In this document: piece after piece, positions 47,927 through 60,275 of the stretch
How the letters are laid out: each line of letters begins with the position of its first letter
Position numbering within the stretch: the first letter of the stretch is position 1
From: Macrostomum lignano
Lineage: Eukaryota
Length of the DNA: 64,000 bases
Assembly (NCBI GenBank): GCA_002269645.1
Contig: NIVC01001887.1
Location: forward strand, 124,001-188,000
Direction: 5' to 3'
Made by a program: the position numbers and the translations under genes
The notes under the pieces: generated by a model
What the model was told of the DNA's origin: nothing
Databases searched by the model: none
The model's input: the letters and a program-made list of their open reading frames with translations, nothing else

Positions 47927-48944
47927 GTTGCTGGGCGCAGCCTCTTCTAGCAGATGTTTGCGTGTCTTCAAAATCACAGCGCATTTCAGGTCTTAAGTGA
48001 GCAACAGAGCTCAATAGTGCTCGTCCTGTAGCTAGCAATGTTCACTAGCTTACCTTGTAAAGCAGAGCTCATTGCTTCTGATTTTTACCTTTAGATTGGT
48101 ATCAAGAATCTTGATAATCTCTTATTATACATTAACTTCTCATTTTTATGCTATCGAATTTCCCTTGAACTGATGCTACTTGCGACTGTTGCCTCCGTGA
48201 CTCCCGTGTGCCTTCAGCGACTTGGCTCTCCCCCAGCTCACTTAGCTTGCTTGCATTCAGTGGCACTTGATGTCTTGACTCAACTGACTACGCAGGGACC
48301 CGATACCTTTAGATTTGTTACTCTCAGTGTATTTTTTTCATTTTAGCTTTTGGCTTTTATGTGACTTTAGAACTGAAATCAGGTGTCCCATGATAGTTTT
48401 TCATTTTCATTTCCTCATCTAGTGCAGATGTTTACCCAATTCTATTTAGATTTTTCCTTTTGGTTCAACAGACGTGGTTATTTGTTTTTGTTTAGTGATA
48501 ATAGATTAGTCTCATTGACCCATTCTCGAGACACTAATTACGGTTAATCACTGGTTTTAATCACCTTTTATAGACTGATATTGGAATAATGATAGCTTTT
48601 ATTGAAAAAATCAGAGACTGCTTGAAAAATACAATTTTCAATGTCAACCCATCTCGGGTAATGGTGTGTACACTGGACCTGTAATTATTACACATAAATA
48701 ATGGAAAATCAGAATCTAATTCGATTCAAAAGTACACCCGTAAGCTTACGCCTGCTTAAGATCCTTAAGTTTGTTATGCACCAAACAAATGTTCGGGCAT
48801 ATAACTATTGTATTACACACCTGGAACTGCAACAGCGCATCTTCACTCTAAATGTATCTAAGGAATATAAAAGTGAAAATCAACATAAATGAACTTCTTT
48901 CGACGCAAAGAGTAAAGAGTAAAGAGCAAAGAGCAAAGAGTACA

Positions 48945-49470
48945 CTGATCAGGTTAGTGCCTTCACTTAGAACACCTTGAGCAAATGGCCCGCACCACTA
49001 TGGGAAATGGGAAATCTTTCATCAAGTTGGTGCGGCCCATTGTCTCCAGCATTACCAAGCGAGGGGCACTTACGCACGGTGCTCTCGATTTCAGCAGCGA
49101 TATGTAATTTGTTGAGCTTGGGTGGTAAGACCGGATGCCTGAGTCCTCGTTGTAGACATTGTAGACGTTGCTGTTGTGGGTTCGGGGCATGACTCTTAGT
49201 CTGCTTTTCGAGCCATACGCTCGTAGTCTACCCAATTTTGCCTCCAGTCTCGTCTTGTCTTGTTTGACTTGGACTTTCACAGCTCGTGAGACGAGTTGAG
49301 ATAGCACGGCGTAGGTCAGGAAGCTCAACTTTTCTTTGAGTTTTAGCTTGAAGCCTCGAATTTGCATTAGTAGTTTTCTTTCTTTCTGGGAATTGAGCTT
49401 GAGTTGTCTTCGGATGAGTTTCTCAGCGAGTCTGGCTGCGCAGCGGAGGCCGCAACTCCTTCGCTCGCAC
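48945..49470 (-). mobile_element. Fragment of the N-terminal ORF region of a Penelope-like element; CpG-retaining, host-type composition
   Basis: Basic helical ORF (RLAEKLIRRQL...KTRLEAKLGRL) followed in another frame by GLRHPVLPPKLNKLHIAAEIE, resembling the PLE pre-RT region; next to an HHR core. Family call from memory. Confidence 0.5.
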
Positions 49471-49547
49471 TGTTATAATTACAGTAAACGTTTGTTCTTT
49501 TTATCTCATAAAAGTTGTTGTGTGTGAGTAAAAAAATACATCAGACC

Positions 49548-49580
49548 CTGAAGATGGTCCTTGTTGGACCGAAACGCGTC
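49548..49580 (+). ncRNA. Minimal type-I hammerhead ribozyme-like core; stem I not formed
   Basis: CTGAAGA-T-GGTCC(TTGTT)GGACC-GAA-ACGCGT-C: conserved core, stem II, palindromic stem III and GUC triplet. Confidence 0.6.
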
Positions 49581-51422
49581 GAAAGAAGTTAATTTAACTT
49601 ATGTTGATTTTCAATTTATATTCCTTTGCGTTCTAAAGCGTGCTACCTTACCTCAAACGTAACTAAACATCAGATTATTGGAATGATCATGTGAAGTAAC
49701 TATATCGTATTCAAAAGCTTTCGGTTCCGATTTATAGTTCTCGATATAGTTCAAAAGTTTTCGATTTATAGTTCTTTCGGCAGCCATGTGTTTTACATGT
49801 ATGCACAGTTTCTCGTAATTTTTATTGTAAATTATTGACTACTACGAGCGTATCAGTTAGAAACGCATGAACTGCACGGAATAACTTGCATATGTACTTT
49901 TACTGCCATCAAAATTACATAATTACAGAAAAAATATACGAGGCAGTTTTCTCTGACGTTCAGGGTCAAATACGGTCAAGCTCTTAGTTTCAGCGAATTT
50001 CCGAGTGTATACGGTACATTAAAGTTACAGTACATATACACGTTACAGTGCAGTCATCACATATATACATTCCAATAGAAAATTTCAGAGGTCGATGAAA
50101 CGGAGAAGCGCTGTGAAACCGGGGCCGGTTGCAGAGGCAATCTTTACTGACAAAATTAGCTATTAAAAAAACTAGAATAAAATGAGAAATTAAGTTGTGT
50201 TGTAGTGTGCAGCTACTTAGAAAATTTTATTATTTGATGGAAATTATAAAACGTTTTGTTTTTTGCTTAATTTATATGCACCAGAAAAAAATGAAATTTG
50301 TCTTCTTCTATTAATTCCTTCCTGAGCACTGCCAGCACTGGCGCAGCCAAGAATTTGTGGAGGGGAGCGGAGTTAAGGACCACTGTAGTATCACTACTGT
50401 TGCTCACACACTCCTTTGGACGGACTCTGGAAGGTAGAGACCACAGATATTATCTATTTTCGACCCAAAGTAGGCCGGAGGGGGTACGTGGCTTTGTATT
50501 TAGGCTAAAATGTGCTTGGCTCCCTTTCATTTTTATTAGGTTTCCCTGAGCGTCCCTGTGCGTCAATAGTGCGTCCCTGAGCACTAGGAAGGTTGAGGAA
50601 AATCTGATCGCAATAAAGAGAATATAGAACACAGTTTAGGCCGTAAAAAATAAACTAGTTAAAACAAATAGTATCAACAATATATATCTTGTTACATCTT
50701 CACGCAAATAGCTTGACGTGTCTGTGTTTATTTTAAATCCTAAAATATAAATGTAACTAACGTACAAAAATATGTCTTTGCAAATGAACTTTTTTATGTG
50801 TAACGGATAAGGTCAACTTTGTATTTTTCTATAAATTGCATGCGCTCACTCACTGCTTTATAGCGTATCTTTATTATAGATGTTATTCCATTTGAATCTA
50901 TGTAAAGCACAGTGTAGTTTTTGAAGGTAATTGAAGGTAATAATATTACCTGACTTTAAACCTTAACTTTAAGCTGCATCTTGATTAAACAGAAAGTTGT
51001 GATTTTGTTTATGATTATTGCTTGTGACTCTGAAAATTATTAAAAATAAAAATTTTTTTTAAATATCCTATTTTCAAGACTAGTTATTAATTTTATTGTA
51101 TTGTATAATATGATCATAGGCCTATGACTTGATATTTTAGCCTAATTTATTGATTTCGATGATCATAGGCCTGTAGCCAACTTAGGCCTATAATTTTTTA
51201 GGCTCTATGCTATGCCTATGGGCTATAGTAATTTTATAAGGCCAACCAAACTATTTTTACTATTTTTAAACTTTCTCAAAACTTAAGTACATTTTTTATT
51301 ATACCTTGTAGATCAAAACTTAAAAGTAGATTATTATACTCTTGAAAACAATTTTTATTTCAATTCAAGAGTTTCTTTTTAGGTCCTCAAATATTAAACC
51401 TATATACTATACTATACTATAC

Positions 51423-51717
51423 TATGGCAATGGCTAGAGTTCTGGAACTGGAACCCATTTTCTAAGGGCTATGAATCTGGCAGTGGTATTCCACTAGTGC
51501 CATTTATGGGTATAATATAGCAGAAACATTTTACTTTTAACAGGTGGTTGATATTGAGATTTTGTTCAAGATGAGATCAAAATGAAATGATAAGATTCAA
51601 AACAAGACACTTCTAATGTTCAAAGACTTCATTAGTAGATAACTGCCTATAGAAGACTGCCGGATCCATAGCCATTAGTAAATGGGTTCTGGTGCCGGAA
51701 CTCTAGCCATTACCCTA
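51423..51717. mobile_element. MITE-like element, about 295 bp, with 62-bp imperfect TIRs
   Basis: 51423-51484 is the reverse complement of 51656-51717 with about 10 mismatches, several at CCGG; TA-rich flanks. Confidence 0.75.
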
Positions 51718-52497
51718 TACTATGGTATATAGACTAGTCTAAAGGCTCTATTACAAATAACATTACATTTTGCAAATGAATAACATAAGTGCATATAATA
51801 TAAAAAAATAGGATAGGAACAAGTGACTCATTCATAAGTATGAACATAGACCCTATATTAGAAATGTATATCTATTATAGTTGTAGTTAAAAATGTGAAA
51901 TAAAAATCTAAATTATCTTTCAATAAGGCATATGAGACAACCTTTTATAGGAGCATATATGACTATGATATATAATAATCTATTTATTAAATGACACAAA
52001 ATAAGGATACCAAATTTTGCTATACTTAATAAATGAGTTAAAAAACTAGATACTTTTTAAAAAGCATCTGTGATATGCTTAAAGTCTAAGTAGATAATAT
52101 AAGAATATTTATATTAATTTTATATATAATACAAAGTTATATATATACAATTTTTCTAAATATTTCTAATATAATACATTTGCAAAGGCATACTTTTAAA
52201 GTGTATGCCTTTAGATATAAAAGTTATGTTTTGGATTTTGACAGATTTTTGGATTAACAAAAAAATTCTATATAGCATTAGTTAATTATAAGTTGTATAT
52301 AGCTTTTGCATTTAATCCTTAGTTTAGATATATAGATGACAGATAGATAGATGATAGATTATTTTGATATATATATATATAGTCTATAATATAATGTATA
52401 TAATAATGTACCCATATTTAGTTTCCTGTTTTTTTAACTTATACATTTCAATGCACAATAGCACAAGAAAAGCTAAACTGCTCCTCCAACCTCAGGG

Positions 52498-55400
52498 ATG
52501 AACCCCCAGCCTCCGCCAATGCAGCCAAGATCGATAAGCGGATGGCCGCTGCCCCTGGGCTGCAACAGTGCAGAGGCGCTGCCACCTTTCCTGACTGGCG
52601 CGGTGCCACCACTGCCGTTTCCCATCCCGTTCAGCCACCTGCCCGGCATGCAGGCCGATCCACGCCTGCGCGTTGCTGGCCTCGCCAGGCAGGACAGCTT
52701 TGACGAGGTGGCCAGCGGCGGCAGCAACGCCAGCGCTGGTGTTGGCGGCGGTGGGGTCGGTGGCGGCCCCAGCGGAAGCAGCGCCGGAGGCGGAGCCGCC
52801 ATGTCGCACAAGCAGGTCCGCCAGCGCCTCCAGGAGGTCATTCTCAACAAGCAGCGCAACAGGGAGCTGTCAAACTCGCCCCCGGAGTGGGCCTCGCCGC
52901 AGAGCAGCTTTGAGTCGGCCGGGTCTCCGCCCACCCGCTGGCAGGTAGGGCGCTGCCGGTTATGTGCGACCTTCGCTAGCCAGCTGGATAGGGTGTGAAG
53001 GCTGCTCCAGAGAGACGGTGCATATATAGGATCAGATGGAACCGGGGGAGATCGAGAATCCCTTATCCAGATAGACAGAGACAGATTCGCACGAAAATAT
53101 GAAATGAAAATTCCCAACCAGGTGCAGCACACATTCCCACTGCCGGCCGGATCCCCATTGAAGGACTTCCCGCTGCGCAAGACCAGCTCCGAGCCCAACC
53201 TGAAAGTCCGCACGGCCGCCATGCGCCACCAGCGGGGCGCCGCGCTGCTCGACCGGACGGCCAAGCGGCGGCTGCGCTCGCTTCTTGAGCGGTCAGGCAT
53301 CGGCAACGCCGCCGCCCCAGCAGCAGCGACAGCCACCGCCGTCTCCTCAGCTGCCAGCGGTGCCTCCGGCCAGTCGGTGGAGTGCCACGCCTCGCTGCCC
53401 AACTTGGCTGGCCTGAAAGCTCGCCTGAGCATTGCCGCCGCCGCCGCCGCCGCTGCAGCAGCCGGCGCTGGCGGTCCCGCCGCCCTCTGCCGGCCCGCGG
53501 AGTCGATGCCCCGCCGGCGGCCCGGCAAGCAGCTCAGCCGGACCCGGTCGGCGCCGCTGCCGATGCCCGTCTCGGCGGTGAAGGCGCAGCTGCGGCAGAA
53601 GGTGCTGCACCGGTCCGGCTCCGCCGACGATGCGCCCGCGGGCCCGCAGCCGCCTGGCTCCGCCGTGCCTCCGCCCTGCTGCGCCAGTCACGGAGCTGCT
53701 CCTCAGATCCGCGAGGAGGCCGAAGAGGATGGCCTGGCGATGCTGGAGCGGGCCTGCAGCACCCCGCTGATGCAGCTGCCGTCTCCCATTGCCGAGGAGC
53801 GGCCGAACGACCTGCTGCCCGCTGCCAGTGGCACCGCGTTGGCCTACGATGAAGGCATGCTGGCGCACCGCTGCCTGTGTAACCAGAGCCGCCTGCACCC
53901 GGAGAACCCGCTCCGCCTGGAGCTGGTCTGGCAGCGGCTGGTCGAGACGGGACTGGCAGCTCGCTGCATGCGCTGTCGGTAAGTGCGCGGCGGTTGGGGA
54001 TCCGGGATGTTGGGTGGTTGAGAATTGAGGATCCGGGATGTTGGGTGGTTGAAAATTGAAGATCTGGGAGTTGGGACAAGTTGATCTACAGTAAAATCAA
54101 TAATATCGTTCCTTTGCCCCCAAAGGTCCCGCAAGGCGACCATCGAGGAGCTGCGCCTGTGCCACGGCGAGATGTACAGCGTGCTGCACGCCACACAGCC
54201 GTCGCAGCGTACCCGCCTGGACCCGGCCCTGCTGCTGAACTTCAAGTTCGCCCAGCTGCCCTGCGGCGGATTTGGCGTTGACACGGACACGGTGTGGATC
54301 GAGGGCGGCACCGCCCAGGCCTGCCGGTTGGCCGTCGGCGTCCTGCTGGAGCTCTGCCAGCGCATCGTGCTTGGCGACTGCCGCAACGGCTTGGCGCTCA
54401 TCCGGCCGCCCGGCCACCACGCCGAGGACTCGCAGGCCATGGGCTTCTGCTACTTCAACTCCGTGGCCATCGCCGCCCGCAGTCTGGTCCGCTCCGGCCA
54501 GGCCGCCCGTGTCTGCATTGTGGACTGGGACGTCCACCACGGCAACGGCACGCAGTCAGTGTTCTACTCGGACCCCAGCGTGCTGTACATCTCGCTGCAC
54601 CGCTACGACGGCGGCGCCTTCTTCCCCGGCTCCGGCGCCGTGGAGGAGATCGGCGAGGGTCCCGGGCTGGGGACCAACATCAACATCGCCTGGTCTGGAC
54701 AGGTGAGACTCCTCCAGAGTCCATGCTGGGTTATCTATAGTGGCGAGCCCCTCTAATTAGTCTGCTGTATTGGCCAGCCCCTCTAATTAGCCTGCTGTTG
54801 AATTGGCTGTATTGGCCAGCCCCTCTAATTAGCCTGCTGTTGAATTGGCTGTATTGGCCAGCCCCTCTAATTAGCCTGCTGTTGAGTTGGCTGTATTGGC
54901 CAGCCCCTCTAATTAGCCTGCTGTTGAATTGGCTGTATTGGCCAGCCCCTCTAATTAGCCTGCTGTTGAGTTGGCTGTATTGGCCAGCCCCTCTAATTAG
55001 CCTGCTGTTGAGTTGGCTATATTGGCCAGCCTCGCTAATTAGCCTGCTGTTGAGTTGGCTGTATTGGCCAGCCCCTCTAATTAGCCTGCTGTTGAGTTGG
55101 CTATATTGGCCAGCCTCGCTAATTAGCCTGCTGTTGAGTTGGCTGTATTGGCCAGCCCCTCTAATTTCCATGCTATTGAAGCTAGTGTAATAAATCTCCC
55201 TTATCTTCCATCAAGCTTCCCAGTCTCACTTGACCCCTCCCCATCCCGCAGGTGATGGGTGACGCTGAGTACCTTGCCGCATTCCGCGCCATCGTGCTGC
55301 CAGTCGTTGCCCAGTTCTCCCCGACGCTGCTGCTCGTCTCCGCCGGCTTCGACGCCGCCCGCGGGCACCCGTCGAACCTCGGCGGCTACTGCCTGTCACC

Positions 55401-55752
55401 CGAGGGCTTCGCCCAGCTCACCGCCCAGCTTATCCGCGCCACCCCCGGCGGCCGCATCGCGCTGGCACTGGAGGGCGGCTACGACCTGGCCACGCTGCCC
55501 GACTGTGTGGAGGCCTGCCTCCGGGTTCTACTCGGCGAGCCCGAGCCCGCCCTGTCCGACGCCGAGAGGCACCGGCGGCCCAACCCGGATGCGGTGGATC
55601 TCATCCACCAGGTGGTCCGCCAGCAGCGCCAGTTCTGGGGCGACTGCCTCGGCCTGCCAAGCGCCGACACCATCGATATGAGCGTCGAGGAGGCGACGCG
55701 GCGGCTGCAGGCGCTGACTGTGTGCGGTGGTCCCTCGGAGTGCGGGGTGTAG
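52498..55752 (+). CDS. HDAC4: Class IIa histone deacetylase (HDAC4/5/7/9 co-ortholog), 793 aa. Exons 52496-52944, 53122-53978, 54126-54702, 55252-55752
   Basis: MEF2-binding motif KQVRQRLQEVILNK; 14-3-3 sites LRKTSSEP and RTRSAP; structural Zn ligands HRCLC...H and QLPCGG; RPPGHH, DWDVHHGNGTQ, AGFDA, LEGGY; phase-compatible joins. Confidence 0.95.
54745..55165. repeat. 42-bp intronic minisatellite
   Basis: 14-aa period GAGQYSQLNSRLIR on the minus strand. Confidence 0.93.
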
Positions 55753-55869
55753 AGGGGGGCGGTCCCTCTGAGTGCGGGATGTTCACTGTATTCTAAAAGT
55801 GACTATTTTAAGTCGCTGTCACTCCAGTCTGGGACTGATTGCCATATTAGATATGGCAGGCAATAATTC

Positions 55870-58800
55870 CTATTTTTAACTGCTAAAAATAGCCCTTATT
55901 GAACTCGCATCGGATCCGGGCGGCAGAAAATTTCATCCCATTTCTGTACCCTGAATTCAGTCGAGTGGATCTTATTTAAACAGAATTGTTGCTTTTTAAG
56001 TCTAAATTTAGCAGCAATAAACTCGAGGCCGTCATGAGTTCCAGTTTAGCGCAGCCCATTGTCCCAACTGCTCCCCCATTGTGCGTCCTTAGCTAGCTAG
56101 TCTGCGGCAGCGCGCCCTGGTGCCGCTATTGCTGTTAGTGATTCTGTGAAACTGTTCTAAATTCGGCACCCCAAGCGCCCGTTTAAATTTCCTGTTGTGT
56201 GGAGGCCTGCGGCGCCTTCGCATCTGGTTATTTATGTGTCTGTCTGCTTATATATAGATTTGTGTTCGTCAGCGCAGATGCCACAGCACATATTGTGTAC
56301 AGAATAGTTGCGCAGTCTGTGTGCATTCTCTCTTGTTTTGTGCTCAGCTTTTGACCCCTCTAATTTGCCAGTCAGGCTTTGCCCTCAGCCCGTTCACCGC
56401 TTGTGTTTGTGAATGTCCAATCAGCTGCTTTTTTGTGTCTGGCGCCCGGGCCGCGTAGCTGTAGCCCTCCTTGTACAGCCCCTCCCCTCATCCCTGACTG
56501 TCCGTGCACGCAAGCCAAGGCGCCACAACTGCTCTCTCTCTGCTACACTTCTCTTGCACGCTTTCGCGGTCCGCCACGTTTTTTGATTGATTAATTGATT
56601 GATCGAGAGTATATTTGAACTGACTTTTTGACTATAAGGATTTATTGTTGTGCCGGAGGTAGACACTGCACTTTAATACACTGTCAGCCAGTTCGCGTGA
56701 TCCCTTTTGTGTCCGAGCTGTTAAAAATTTTACACCCGTCTTCTCGGCGTTAATCTTCGCTTTCATTTTTTATCCAACAATCGGGACTGGCTTGCTTCTG
56801 AATCGACTAAATTTAGACTGGCCTCCACTGTGCTGACCCGGCCGCTCGTCTGTCTGCCCTCCCGTCCCACTCGCAGGCCGGCTAAATTTAGAGCCCGCGG
56901 CCTGCCTTATCCCCCAGCCAGCGTCTTCCGTAGCCGCCCTCCCTGTTCGTCTCCGAGGCCTCCTGCTCCCTGCTCTGCCCTAATCCCATCTTCCCGCTCT
57001 GTCCCTCCCGCTCCCATCCCCGGGCCGTGCGGACTTGACCAAGGAAGAGAAGCGCGGGCTGGCGAGGCCGGCAGCGGCAAAGGCGGCAGGGTAAGAGGGG
57101 ACAAGTCGGTGTTGACCGCCCTGCGCCGCTCCCACTCTCGCTGGTCCGGCAGGGATTTCTAATTTTAGCTGGCTTGCGACTGGTCGTTAATCCCACCTCT
57201 CTCTCTCTCCAGTTCCTCAGAAATCCCACTTCCTAGACACTAAACGGACGGAGGGGGCTCACTTCGCCTCTGCCTGCCTCCCTCCCTCCCTGTATTGGCC
57301 CAGCTGCGCCGTGCGCCTCATCGAGGGAGGGGTCCAGATTCCTTACTGACTGGCTGCAATCCCCCTTGCCGCCGTTGATCCCCGACTCTGTAGCAGTTTC
57401 TGAACAGAAGCAGCAAGGCAAGACGCGGCTGCCACCCTGCCAGGTCTGCTTCCCCGTCTACCCCTAGCAAAGAGCCATTCATCCGTCAGTAGCCGCGCAG
57501 CGCTCCGCCTGCAATTCAATGCCTGCTGCACTTCCTACCTTGCGTGTTCAGCTTCCCTAATAAACAGCCAACAATGCTAATGCACTATTCATGCCACTCC
57601 CCCCGCTAGTTTCTCAAACTTGCCGGCTGCTGCTTGAAGCTGAAGCGAAAGTATGAAGCTGACGCGCCTGGACTGCGGGGAGGCACCGTGGCAACTTGGC
57701 CGGTGCCGGCCCGACGGCCCTCACTCATCCATTGGAATGCTGCTGTTCCGCCGGACAGCTAATTGCCCTCCGCAAGCCCTCTGCAGTGCGTCATGTCTGC
57801 CTGTCATACCCGGCTTACAGCATCATCATTATTCCTACGTTTAGCAACGCTTCTTTTCTTCTTCAACTACCCGCTACTTCTGCTGCTGCGGAACGGAGCC
57901 AGTGCAAAAGTTCTGCAATCCACCGGCAGGGCCGGACTCTTGATTGTCCGCGTGGAAGAGCTGAAATAAGAGACGGGCAAACAGGGGTGCGAGGAAGACA
58001 AAAGGCAGCGGAGCAAAGCAACAAAACCCCAGGCCGGTGTCGCTTCACAACCGCGCCTCTCGGCTGCCACTGCGGCGCTCAACTTGGGCGCCCGTCCTCC
58101 CGACTGCTGGGCGGAAGTCGATCCCCCATGGCTTGTTCTCCCGCCCAAGTTTTCCCCGCATTCCGTGCAGAGGGACGGCTGGGGAGCCTCGGTTTGACGT
58201 CACGGGATTTTGCCGCCGGCTACTCGAGCGCCTTTCCCAGTGTTGATGGGGTGCAGGCACAGCCTGCGGCTCACTTTCACCTGAGCGCACCCCCTGCTGA
58301 GAGAGGCGAACTTAGAGAGGGGATTAATCCCTCCTCGGAGCGGGTTAGGAGAGTCAAAATTCTGGCAGCTCGAGTCAGCGAGGCTTTTTATTAATCCACC
58401 CCCCACCTCTCCGCCATTCACCTGGCAGCGCCTTGGGCCTCAGCAGGTCTGGCGGGCCCGACTGCTCACGTCAACAGCTCGGGCCGCGATGGAACGGATC
58501 GCGTGAGCAGCTCGGATTCTGGCTAAATTTAGCCAGCCGCATCAATTTCTGCTCGCAGCTTCCCGGTCCAGTTCGTGCTCCCTCTTTTGCAAAAAAATCC
58601 CCATAGTGGGAAAAGGGATTTGCTCGCCTGTGGCGGCTTAGCCGAGCTGCCGAGGGCGTGAAATCTTTGTCCGCCCTATTTTTAGCAGCAGCCGGGCCCC
58701 TGTTTGACTTCCCCGGTCGAACTTCCTGCCTCCCCACCCCGCCGTGATTAAAGAAACTTTTGCGCCCTCGCCGCACTTTGCCCCGTTTTCCACTGTTGCT

Positions 58801-59110
58801 GTTCGGGTTGCCGAATCAATTTAGTAATTAAAAAGAATTTGCCTGCGCGGCAGGAATGCAAATTCTCGAGCACTCAGGCGGACAAAGCGCGGGGGGAGGC
58901 AGGCGGTGTTGCGGGCCCGGTGGCTGCTCGGCTTCGCCCACAGGCTCTGCCCGAGCTGGGCTTCCTTCAATACCTGCCGTCCCTGCTGCCCTGTTTACCC
59001 GCGGCCAGCCATCCGGTTGCCATTTTGGGAATTCGCTCGCCGCCTTGGCAGCTGGCAGATCGGGGCTCCATCCGGATCTGGCCCCTGCTTGCCGAGGCCG
59101 CTATAAATAG
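55870..59110. promoter_or_regulatory. Cluster of MEF2 consensus sites (8 strict CTA(A/T)4TAG plus 2 YTA(A/T)4TAR); the last overlaps a TATA box
   Basis: Sites start at 55870, 55883, 56002, 56248, 56807, 56882, 57159, 58523, 58676 and 59101. Confidence 0.7.
56016..56021 (+). terminator. Candidate poly(A) signal of the HDAC gene
   Basis: AATAAA about 265 nt after the stop codon. Confidence 0.5.
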
Positions 59111-59371
59111 ACCCGCTTCCCCTTTCACTCAAAGCACGTTTCCCGGCCTGTTTTTTCTAAATCCAACTCCCCTTTTATCCTGATAGTGCTTCCTGTCTTC
59201 TTTGTCTCTCCCGAATCCTTTTCAGGCTTTGCAGTTCTGCTTCCTTTAATGCCAGCAGCCCGGATTTGTCGCCTCCTTCATCCTCAGATTGCAGCTTCTC
59301 AGCCCAGTCATAGCCTTTTACTCAAATTTCTAGATTAATTAGCCTTCTCAAATCCTCAGATCCTTTCTCAT

Positions 59372-60275
59372 CTCCCCAGATTCTCATCTCCCCAGATTCT
59401 CATCTCCTCAGATTCTCATCTCCCCAGATTCTCATCTCCCCAGATTCTTATCTCCCCAGATTCTCATCTCCCCAGATTCTCATCTCCCCAGATTCTCATC
59501 TCCCCAGATTCTCATCTCCCCAGATTCTCATCTCCCCAGATTCTCATCTCCCCAGATTCTCATCTCCCCAGATTCTCATCTCCCCAGATTCTCATCTCCC
59601 CAGATTCTCATCTCCCCAGATTCTCATCTCCCCAGATTCTCATCTCCCCAGATTCTCATCTCCCCAGATTCTTATCTCCCCAGATTCTCATCTCCCCAGA
59701 TTCTCATCTCCCCAGATTCTCATCTCCCCAGATTCTCATCTCCCCAGATTCTCATCTCCCCAGATTCTCATCTCCCCAGATTCTCATCTCCCCAGATTCT
59801 CATCTCCCCAGATTCTCATCTCCCCAGATTCTCATCTCCCCAGATTCTCATCTCCCCAGATTCTCATCTCCCCAGATTCTCATCTCCCCAGATTCTCATC
59901 TCCCCAGATTCTCATCTCCCCAGATTCTCATCTCCCCAGATTCTCATCTCCCCAGATTCTCATCTCCCCAGATTCTCATCTCCCCAGATTCTCATCTCCC
60001 CAGATTCTCATCTCCCCAGATTCTCATCTCCCCAGATTCTCATCTCCCCAGATTCTCATCTCCCCAGATTCTCATCTCCCCAGATTCTCATCTCCCCAGA
60101 TTCTCATCTCCCCAGATTCTCATCTCCCCAGATTCTCATCTCCCCAGATTCTCATCTCCCCAGATTCTCATCTCCCCAGATTCTCATCTCCCCAGATTCT
60201 CATCTCCCCAGATTCTCATCTCCCCAGATTCTCATCTCCCCAGATTCTCATCTCCCCAGATTCTCATCTCCCCAG
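59372..60275. repeat. Very homogeneous 16-bp satellite (AGATTCTCATCTCCCC)n
   Basis: Seen directly. Confidence 0.97.

Noticed and set aside
56379-59183. Short ORFs downstream of the HDAC gene
   Set aside because: No domain similarity, no codon bias, no consistent splice chain; region treated as non-coding
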